A stretch of 64,000 bases of DNA, taken from an uncultured virus (IMG/VR IMGVR_UViG_3300022752_000028). Its lineage: Duplodnaviria; Heunggongvirae; Uroviricota; Caudoviricetes. Every line of letters starts with the position of its first letter. Within the stretch, counting starts at the first letter, position 1. The translations under genes were made by a program, and so were the position numbers. The DNA lies in the IMG/VR virus record IMGVR_UViG_3300022752_000028; one strand, 5' to 3'. Below the pieces are notes generated by a model. That model ran no database searches, was not told the origin of the DNA, and saw only the letters and a program-made list of their open reading frames with translations. Positions 56,793-64,000 of the stretch are shown here, one piece after another.

Positions 56793-57681
56793 TCTAATTC
56801 AATGGAAAGATTTTTGTAGACAAATTCCTTGGGTAGCAACTGTCCAAACTTGTAATAATGATTGGACTATTTATGCATCTCTCCAGCAGGCATGTAAGCA
56901 ATTTGACGCAGTTCTCGTCATAGATGATGGATCGACTGATAATACTCTTTTAGAAGTAGATCGCTTTATACGACGTGAAAAGCCACAAAATCTTCATGTC
57001 TTCGATCTTTCATCTATAGATCCATGGCCTGAAATGAAAGCACCTAAAAGAGAGGGCATGGAACCCACAGAAAAGACACAAGCAAAATCCAAGTTTAAAT
57101 CTTATTCATTGGTAAAGCAACTTGCCACAAATTGCATGTGGATTTCAATAGAATCTGATGTTATCATTGCAGATGATGCCAGATCAAGAATGCTAAGTAG
57201 AGTTGAAAAATGGACAGAACCACAAACAGACTGTGAATTCTTCAATCTAGTAATGACAATCGACCCATGGCATGTAAGAAGTGTCTCATTGTCAGAAGAA
57301 AAATATGTCAAACCTGAGGGCATCAAGCATAGACGCGAATACGACCACCCAGGTGACTGGGGACTTGCATTATCGTGGATAGGAGGCGAGTTATATCCAG
57401 GCCCAGATCCTGTCCATCCCTACGGTCCAAACTTCTTGCCCTGGCTTCACAAAAATCAGCTTGGGAAGAAGGGGCAAGATGATACATCACCTTTTGGTTT
57501 TCACATGCTTTCCTACAGAGAATCTGAAAAAGATGCAGACTATTCTTCTAGAAGATTCTTTAAGATTGAAGATATAAAAGATGATGCTGTTGACTGGAAT
57601 TTATTAAAAAGAGTAAGATTTCCTGTCTTGACCAAGTTAAATGAATTAGGACAACGTGAGGTGATTTCATGCGAATGGTAG
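56785..57681 (+). CDS. GT2-like glycosyltransferase
   Basis: VIDDGSTDNT, IESD. Confidence 0.75.
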   Translation: MSNLIQWKDFCRQIPWVATVQTCNNDWTIYASLQQACKQFDAVLVIDDGSTDNTLLEVDRFIRREKPQNLHVFDLSSIDPWPEMKAPKREGMEPTEKTQAKSKFKSYSLVKQLATNCMWISIESDVIIADDARSRMLSRVEKWTEPQTDCEFFNLVMTIDPWHVRSVSLSEEKYVKPEGIKHRREYDHPGDWGLALSWIGGELYPGPDPVHPYGPNFLPWLHKNQLGKKGQDDTSPFGFHMLSYRESEKDADYSSRRFFKIEDIKDDAVDWNLLKRVRFPVLTKLNELGQREVISCEW

Positions 57682-58571
57682 TAACAGGCGGTAGAGGATT
57701 TATAGGAAGCCATTTTGTCGAGTTAGCACTTCGCAATGGTCACACAATTATTGATATTGATAAAATGACATATTGTTCAAATAAGTCTCTGCCTTGGGAC
57801 AAGTATGAAAAATACACCCACATCAAGGAAGATATTGCAGAAATTAAGCATATTCCATTTTGCGATATTATTGTCAATTTTGCTGCCGAGACGCATGTTG
57901 ACAACTCTATCACATGCTGTGGAGAGTTCGTAAAAACTAATATTCAGGGCGTCCACAACATACTTGAACTTCTTAGAGGCAAGGTTTATGAACGTCCAAT
58001 GTTTGTTCAAATTAGCACAGATGAAGTCTATGGTGATACGCTTAGTGGTGATTTTAAAGAAAATGACACACTAAAACCTTCAAATCCTTATAGCGCAACA
58101 AAAGCTAGTGCAGAGCACTTAGTCACGTCCTACCATAGAACTTATGGAATTGACTATCTTATCACAAGAAGCTCAAATAACTACGGACCACGTCAATACG
58201 AAGAAAAGTTGATTTCAAAGTCCGTATCTTGTCTCGCTGAAAATAGGAAAATTCCTCTACATGGCGATGGATCTTATATTAGAGACTGGATTTATGTTAA
58301 AGATAATGCAAAAGCAATACTTGACTTGATTGAATCGGGCATAAAAAATGAAGTCTTCAACATTGCAGGTGGTTTCCAGCTTAATAATAATCAAGTTGTT
58401 GAAGAAGTCTGCAGATGGTTCAACACGAAAGACTGGAAATCTCATGTAACTTACACAGAAAATAGACTAGGACAAGATCTACGCTACTCTATTAATTGTG
58501 AAAAAATTGAAAAATTTGGAATTTTTATACCGAGAAGAGATTCACTAATCGACTATAGGAATCATGAATGA
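57669..58571 (+). CDS. rmlB: dTDP-glucose 4,6-dehydratase
   Basis: VTGGRGFIGS, AAETHVD, STDEVYG, YSATK, SNNYGP. Confidence 0.93.
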   Translation: MRMVVTGGRGFIGSHFVELALRNGHTIIDIDKMTYCSNKSLPWDKYEKYTHIKEDIAEIKHIPFCDIIVNFAAETHVDNSITCCGEFVKTNIQGVHNILELLRGKVYERPMFVQISTDEVYGDTLSGDFKENDTLKPSNPYSATKASAEHLVTSYHRTYGIDYLITRSSNNYGPRQYEEKLISKSVSCLAENRKIPLHGDGSYIRDWIYVKDNAKAILDLIESGIKNEVFNIAGGFQLNNNQVVEEVCRWFNTKDWKSHVTYTENRLGQDLRYSINCEKIEKFGIFIPRRDSLIDYRNHE

Positions 58572-59479
58572 GAAACTATTGTGCGCTGGGTGATTCTAGA
58601 TACCTGCCAAATCTAATTTGTCTGATTGATAGCGCAAAAGAACACTTTACTGAAGATTATATGCTGCATGTTCTTGCTATGGATGATTTTACATTCAATA
58701 AATTAAATTCACTTCGAAAGCATGATAATTTAAAAATTTATTCTATCAATGAGATAAATGAAGATTTTCAAGTCAGAGCTATTAGGTACATGCAGCCAAG
58801 CAGGGAAGCAATTTCAAATGCTCAAGCATCTAATAAAGATCCTGGTTTTGTACAATTTTGCTGGTCATTAGCACCTTGCTTTTCTGATTGGTTAATGACC
58901 AGGATTAAGACAGCAATTACTTACATTGATGCAGACATCTATTTCTTCAATGATATCAAAAGCTTTTTTGATGAATTGTCGACAAGATCAATCGGTCTTG
59001 TAAGTCACAGAATTCCTTATTTGATGACAAGCGGTGAGTTCAATGTTGGGATTGTCCATTTCGAGTACGATTCATACGGAAGATCAGCACTCAATAAGTG
59101 GAAAAGTTATCTAACTAATTCACAAAATAATTACATGTTAGGTTTTGGAACCTGCGGTGATCAAAAATATCTTGAATTATTCTATTCATTCTATAGAAAT
59201 CAAACAGCTGTAATTGATAAAAATTTTGGTCATCTTGCACCGTGGAATGTAACGCAGCACAAATACGAAGATAGAAAAATCATTTGGAAGTCACAGGCAC
59301 AGGACCTGGTTTACTTTCATTTTGCACATTTTGTTATAGAGAGCGAAAACAAATATAGAGCATCTTACAATAATGAGTGGATCTGGGGAGAACCGCTTAG
59401 TGTACACCCATTTGTAAATAAATGCTATGATGAATATCATTCTGCTATGATTAAAGCAAAAGAAGAGATTGCAAGATGA
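58568..59479 (+). CDS. GT-A fold glycosyltransferase
   Basis: YIDAD, FNVG, GDQKYL, LAPWN. Confidence 0.75.
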   Translation: MRNYCALGDSRYLPNLICLIDSAKEHFTEDYMLHVLAMDDFTFNKLNSLRKHDNLKIYSINEINEDFQVRAIRYMQPSREAISNAQASNKDPGFVQFCWSLAPCFSDWLMTRIKTAITYIDADIYFFNDIKSFFDELSTRSIGLVSHRIPYLMTSGEFNVGIVHFEYDSYGRSALNKWKSYLTNSQNNYMLGFGTCGDQKYLELFYSFYRNQTAVIDKNFGHLAPWNVTQHKYEDRKIIWKSQAQDLVYFHFAHFVIESENKYRASYNNEWIWGEPLSVHPFVNKCYDEYHSAMIKAKEEIAR

Positions 59480-60369
59480 AATTGACAGCTGCCATGATTG
59501 TTCTTAATGGTGATCATGTTCTGAAGGAAAGTCTTAAGAGCATATACAACCATGTCGATGAGATCGTAATTGCCGAAGGCCCAGTTAGATATTGGCAAGA
59601 TCGTGGACTTACAACTTCTACAGATCGTACCAATGAAATCTTAGACAATTTTGAAGATCCAGATAATAAAATTCGTGTTCTTCACTCTCAATACGAAGAA
59701 AAAGACCATCAATTTTCTGCCGCGCTATCATTGATGACAAATCAACCTGATTACTTGATTCAAGTTGATAGTGACGAAGTTTGGACTAATGAATCATTAC
59801 TTAACTTAAGACGTCTCTTAGAGACACAGCGTCCAATCTCTGTAGGCGTCCATTCAAACACATTTGTAGGTGGGTTAGATAGAGTCATCTCAGGATTTGA
59901 AGAAAAAACAGATAATTTCTTACGTGTCTTTCGTTGGGAAGCAGGTTGTAGATTTATCACACATAGACCCCCAACGATACAATACGCAAATGGTGAAATG
60001 ACAAGAGGAAGAGGTCATATTGATTCTGATGAAGCAAGAGACATGTACCAGATTTCTATGTGTCATTACTCCTATGTCTGGCCAAGTCAAGTTAAGTCTA
60101 AAATTGACTACTATAAGTCTAAAGTGTCAATGCAGAATTGCATACCAGACTTTTATGATAATTACTGGCTTCCCTGGACAAAGTCTGTTTCAATCGAAGA
60201 AAAATGGGAAATTGAGACCAAAATTCACGGTATGCATGAGTTTAAACCTGAAATTAGAGGCCCAGCTTTTACCAAGCCATACGTAAATTTCCATCCAGAC
60301 GCAATAAAAGTGAACATTGAAACCTTGAAATCTAGAATAGAAAAGGAATTAAATGATGAATTCTTCTAA
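59476..60369 (+). CDS. GT2-like glycosyltransferase
   Basis: STDRT, QVDSDE, HYSYV. Confidence 0.75.
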   Translation: MKLTAAMIVLNGDHVLKESLKSIYNHVDEIVIAEGPVRYWQDRGLTTSTDRTNEILDNFEDPDNKIRVLHSQYEEKDHQFSAALSLMTNQPDYLIQVDSDEVWTNESLLNLRRLLETQRPISVGVHSNTFVGGLDRVISGFEEKTDNFLRVFRWEAGCRFITHRPPTIQYANGEMTRGRGHIDSDEARDMYQISMCHYSYVWPSQVKSKIDYYKSKVSMQNCIPDFYDNYWLPWTKSVSIEEKWEIETKIHGMHEFKPEIRGPAFTKPYVNFHPDAIKVNIETLKSRIEKELNDEFF

Positions 60370-60970
60370 AAGATGGGAAAAAGACTTCGAAATCATTGAA
60401 GATATGAGAAGAGGTAGCGAGGGATCTTTGTGGGGTCACAAGCTTGAACAAGCTGACCATTTTCCTTTACTTAAGTCTTTACTTGATGAAGTTGGTCATG
60501 ATGGTTTACTAATAGATTTAGGTTGCGGTGCCGGTGATCTTTCAAGAGTATGGTTGGGCCGTTACCTTGGTGCTGATCTTGATTGGATATTAGAAGAAGT
60601 TGCTAAAAAATGCAATCCAGCAGCAGAATTTATGAAATTTGATGTCTTTAATGACGATATTAAAGATCTGCCTCCTTCAAAAGCAATTGTAATGAATGCT
60701 TTACTTGACGTTATTGAAGACCCTATTGCAATTCTTCGAAAAGTTTGTCAAGCAGACACAGACTTTGTTGTAGTTCATCGTCAAAAAATAGTAGAAACAA
60801 AAGATGATAAAGTAGAAACAGATTTGAGTTATGGAAATAGCATTGTCCCGGTCTCTAAGATCACAATACGAGAGATGCAAGAAATCGTAGATGACCTGTC
60901 TAGAAACAAAGAAGTCTACATTAAAAAATGGAATGGAGACTATTATAGCTTTACTATACGTGTAAGATGA
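60353..60970 (+). CDS. class I SAM-dependent methyltransferase
   Basis: LIDLGCGAG. Confidence 0.85.
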   Translation: MMNSSKRWEKDFEIIEDMRRGSEGSLWGHKLEQADHFPLLKSLLDEVGHDGLLIDLGCGAGDLSRVWLGRYLGADLDWILEEVAKKCNPAAEFMKFDVFNDDIKDLPPSKAIVMNALLDVIEDPIAILRKVCQADTDFVVVHRQKIVETKDDKVETDLSYGNSIVPVSKITIREMQEIVDDLSRNKEVYIKKWNGDYYSFTIRVR

Positions 60971-62028
60971 AATTCGTAGATCTTGAATTAGAAAATAGAG
61001 AAGCAGCAAAGCTTGTTCATGATTCATATAAACAAATAGAAAAATCTGGCAAATACCTTTTAGGCGATTATCTTTCTAAATTTGAAGAAGCATTTGCAAT
61101 AGATCAAAAAATAAAATCAGTTACTTGTGTGAAGAATGCAACTGATGCTTTGTATATGACTTTTAAGCTTCTTGAATGCGATAAGAGAACAGTGATAGTT
61201 CCTAGCTTTGGTGCATATCCAACAATTGTTGCTGCAATACAGGCGGGTTCAAAAAATATTATTGCAGCGCCTGTTGATGAAAGAATGACACTTGACCTTA
61301 CAAATATTGATGTTCCAAAAGATTCAATTTTAGTTCCTGTCCATCTTTATGGAAACCAGACAGAAATGTCACATCTTGAAAAGATTGCAGAAAACACTAA
61401 TAGCATCATAGTTGAAGATTGCGCTCAATCAACTGGACTTGAAAAATCAAAAAAATCTTTTGTTGCTATTCATAGTTTTTATCCGACAAAACCGCTAGGT
61501 TGCAGAGGTGATGGAGGCGCGATTATCTCAAATGATGAAAAATTTATATCATCATGTAAAAAGTCTCGTTTTTATGGCCTAAATGACGGTGTAATAAATA
61601 CATGGGGCTTTAATAGCAGAATGGATGAGTGGCAAGCAGCATTTTTATTATCAAAATTAGAGTATTATGATGTCATGAATAAGAAAAGGCAGAGCAATGC
61701 AAGTCTCTATAACAGCGCATTCAATAATACTGTCAGGTTTACACAAAACTGTGTTTATCATCAATACGTCACTCTTTGGCGTAATAGAGACCATGTTAGA
61801 GACGTCTTTGAAAGTAATGGTATTCCAACGATGATTCATTACCCAAAGATGCTTAATGACATGCCTTACTTTAAATCATTCATCAACAATAAATCAAATA
61901 AAAGAGTATCAGATCACATCTTATCATTACCAGTTGGCCCACATTTAAGCAACGAAGATGTTGAAAAAGTATGTGATGTTTTATCGAGAATGAAAAATGA
62001 AGTCATTGAATTTACCGACATTTCTTGA
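60967..62028 (+). CDS. fdtB: DegT/DnrJ/EryC1/StrS sugar aminotransferase (FdtB-like)
   Basis: PVHLYG, EDCAQS, SFYPTKPLG, GFNSRMDE. Confidence 0.88.
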   Translation: MKFVDLELENREAAKLVHDSYKQIEKSGKYLLGDYLSKFEEAFAIDQKIKSVTCVKNATDALYMTFKLLECDKRTVIVPSFGAYPTIVAAIQAGSKNIIAAPVDERMTLDLTNIDVPKDSILVPVHLYGNQTEMSHLEKIAENTNSIIVEDCAQSTGLEKSKKSFVAIHSFYPTKPLGCRGDGGAIISNDEKFISSCKKSRFYGLNDGVINTWGFNSRMDEWQAAFLLSKLEYYDVMNKKRQSNASLYNSAFNNTVRFTQNCVYHQYVTLWRNRDHVRDVFESNGIPTMIHYPKMLNDMPYFKSFINNKSNKRVSDHILSLPVGPHLSNEDVEKVCDVLSRMKNEVIEFTDIS

Positions 62029-62377
62029 TCACAAAGTTAACATTGATGAGAGAGGAATTCTAACATCAATTGATAAATTTCCTGACTTTGATGTTAGGAG
62101 ATTTTACCTCATAGAGCCCAAGATGGGCTTTTGGCGTGGTAAACACTATCATAAACAATCAGCACAAATAATTGTTGTCCTTGCAGGGAGAATTGAATGT
62201 AGTGTCAAAGATAATAATTCATCTGAACATGTTGAATTTTCGATGAATGCTGGACAATCTTATTACCAAGATGTAAATCATTCCTTTGCATTTAAATCTT
62301 GTGCTGGCGAGACCAAAATGATTGTTTTCTGTGATAAAGAATTTGATTCTAAAGACTATTATGAAATGGAGCTATAA
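61997..62377 (+). CDS. fdtA: FdtA/QdtA-like sugar 3,4-ketoisomerase (cupin)
   Basis: DERG, RGKHYHK, C-terminal DY. Confidence 0.8.
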   Translation: MKSLNLPTFLDHKVNIDERGILTSIDKFPDFDVRRFYLIEPKMGFWRGKHYHKQSAQIIVVLAGRIECSVKDNNSSEHVEFSMNAGQSYYQDVNHSFAFKSCAGETKMIVFCDKEFDSKDYYEMEL

Positions 62378-63114
62378 TGAATACAATTGCAGCAATTTTA
62401 ACTGTCTATAAGAGAAACAATTTAGACCATCAAATTCGCGCTGTTCTCTCACAGACAATTCTTCCAAAAGAGATCTATGTTTGGCAAAATGAATCACATG
62501 TTGATGCTGCAATTCATAATGATGTTTTAGATTATGCGCATAGACTGAATATTAAGATCTCTCATATTCATTCAAAAGATAAAAATTTTAAATTTCATGG
62601 TAGGTTTTCATTACCGCTGTTGTTGAATACAGAGTATGTTGCTATTTTTGACGATGACACTATTCCTAATCCAAGGTGGTTTGAAAACTGTATTAGAGTA
62701 TCTCAAACGTATAATGCAATTGCCGGTGCAAATGGAAGAACGATTAGAAAAGATGTCGATGAATTATGCACTGGTGACGGCTCTGCTGTACAAAATGATA
62801 CAATAGTTGATTTCGTTGGTCATTGCTGGTTTTTTAAGCGTGAATGGATTCATCATATGTGGAGCTATTCTCCTAACACATTTGATAATGGCGAAGATAT
62901 TCATTTTGCAGCATCATGTATGATAAAGGCCGGAATTAAATGTGTAGTACCAATGCAACCGCATGGTGATTTTTCACTTTGGGGTGATACACATAATTAT
63001 TTAGGTCTTGATGAACATGCAACATGGAAAAAACCAGATCATGGTAGTGTAAGACAGCAAGTCAAGGATTACTGGATTAATATGGGCTGGAAGACTATCA
63101 ATAGTGTACAATGA
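62377..63114 (+). CDS. GT2-like glycosyltransferase
   Basis: YKR, IFDDD, GEDI. Confidence 0.8.
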   Translation: MNTIAAILTVYKRNNLDHQIRAVLSQTILPKEIYVWQNESHVDAAIHNDVLDYAHRLNIKISHIHSKDKNFKFHGRFSLPLLLNTEYVAIFDDDTIPNPRWFENCIRVSQTYNAIAGANGRTIRKDVDELCTGDGSAVQNDTIVDFVGHCWFFKREWIHHMWSYSPNTFDNGEDIHFAASCMIKAGIKCVVPMQPHGDFSLWGDTHNYLGLDEHATWKKPDHGSVRQQVKDYWINMGWKTINSVQ

Positions 63115-63878
63115 TATTGCTGGAAGACTTTAGTGGAAGATTTGGAAATAAGTTTCTCTCTTACAACAATGTGAGGCAAATAGCGCACCGCTTTAACCAG
63201 AAGTGGTGTGTACCTTCGTGGGAGGGCGATTTAATCTTTGAAAGATCCAGCAGTCAGACATCAAATAGCGCAATCAGACTCACACAGACAGACTTGATGA
63301 TGGCTGATTACGAAATTCAAAAAATTCTCGATGCAAATGATGTGATTATTGATCCGCATGCATTAGGTTCAATTTTTTTTAGATTCATTAGTCTAAATCC
63401 TCGTCAGTTTGTAACTAAAAATTTTGATAATAATCACAAACAAGTAGGAATTCATTTTAGAGGAACAGACTTCTTCCAGTGGAACCCAAAATCAATACTT
63501 GATTCTGATTACTACATAGACTCTCTTAAGCTGTGTCTTGATTCTTCTGATGAATTAGAGTTTGTGCTATTTACAGATGATCATAAGCTTGAAAGTTTCA
63601 ACAATGTTTTGTCATTTCTTGAGTCTAATAACATAAAACATAGATTTGGATTATCACAAATAACTGGTAATTTTCTTGATGATTTTATTGACTTAGCTTC
63701 ATCTAGTATAATAGTTTCATCACCTAGCACATTTGCAATTAGTGCAGGAATGATTGGCAACTCAAGAATAATTCACTCAAAGAAGTGGATCGATCATAGG
63801 ATTAGTGAGAATGATAAATTTTGGGTTGATCTGCAAAATACAGGCACAACATTTTACTCTCTGTGGGCTCAAGTATGA
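63111..63878 (+). CDS. GT11 / alpha-1,2-fucosyltransferase-like protein
   Basis: GRFGN, GIHFRGTDF, STF. Confidence 0.75.
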   Translation: MILLEDFSGRFGNKFLSYNNVRQIAHRFNQKWCVPSWEGDLIFERSSSQTSNSAIRLTQTDLMMADYEIQKILDANDVIIDPHALGSIFFRFISLNPRQFVTKNFDNNHKQVGIHFRGTDFFQWNPKSILDSDYYIDSLKLCLDSSDELEFVLFTDDHKLESFNNVLSFLESNNIKHRFGLSQITGNFLDDFIDLASSSIIVSSPSTFAISAGMIGNSRIIHSKKWIDHRISENDKFWVDLQNTGTTFYSLWAQV

Positions 63879-64000
63879 ATGATATTGAACAGTATTGGAA
63901 TTATGGAATGGGATTGCATTCTATTGTTCTAGAGAAGATTATTGAAATTGTTGAAAAAAATGACATAAAACAAGTTGTTGAGTTTGGTTCGGGAGAATCA
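63875..64000 (+). CDS. partial methyltransferase (runs off the window)
   Basis: VVEFGSGES. Confidence 0.55.
   Translation, partial: MNDIEQYWNYGMGLHSIVLEKIIEIVEKNDIKQVVEFGSGES

Noticed and set aside
1..64000. Stop-codon reassignment
   Set aside because: Recognisable genes are full length in the standard code, and TAA, TAG and TGA all terminate genes at sensible positions.

Overview
The window looks like a segment of a large (jumbo/huge) tailed-phage genome in the standard genetic code. I saw no rRNA, tRNA, CRISPR array or integrase. It has three zones. (1) 1-28.4 kb is a high-GC, co-oriented array of about 75 short, mostly novel ORFs. About 55 of them each have their own copy of a fixed-geometry expression element: CCCGTGC-N13-(T/C/A)GTGGTA(TAC/GAA/TGA/CAA)T followed by an AAGGAGG-type RBS, usually starting within a few bases of the previous stop codon. 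This zone also holds a DUF2201/VWA + AAA ATPase pair, a truncated RadA-like ATPase, GIY-YIG and HNH endonucleases, and scattered paralog families. (2) 28.5-36.2 kb encodes proteins sharing an N-terminal MRITxRQLRQIIREE-type leader (probable head-packaged cargo, including an ART-like enzyme), each near a second short motif (G/T)ATAN(G/T)TA that behaves like a late promoter. A G-rich non-coding block and a duplicated A-tract module also lie here. (3) 36.8-64 kb is lower in GC and carries yeaH-spoVR-yeaG, a GIY-YIG endonuclease, a degenerate chaperonin, an Hc1-like protein, a sigma-region-4 protein, PIN-PhoH, tail-fibre-like proteins, LamG and PA14 proteins, an Flp pilin, and a glycosylation cluster (glycosyltransferases, rmlB, fdtA/fdtB-like, methyltransferases). 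All family calls are motif recognition by eye; no database search was run.
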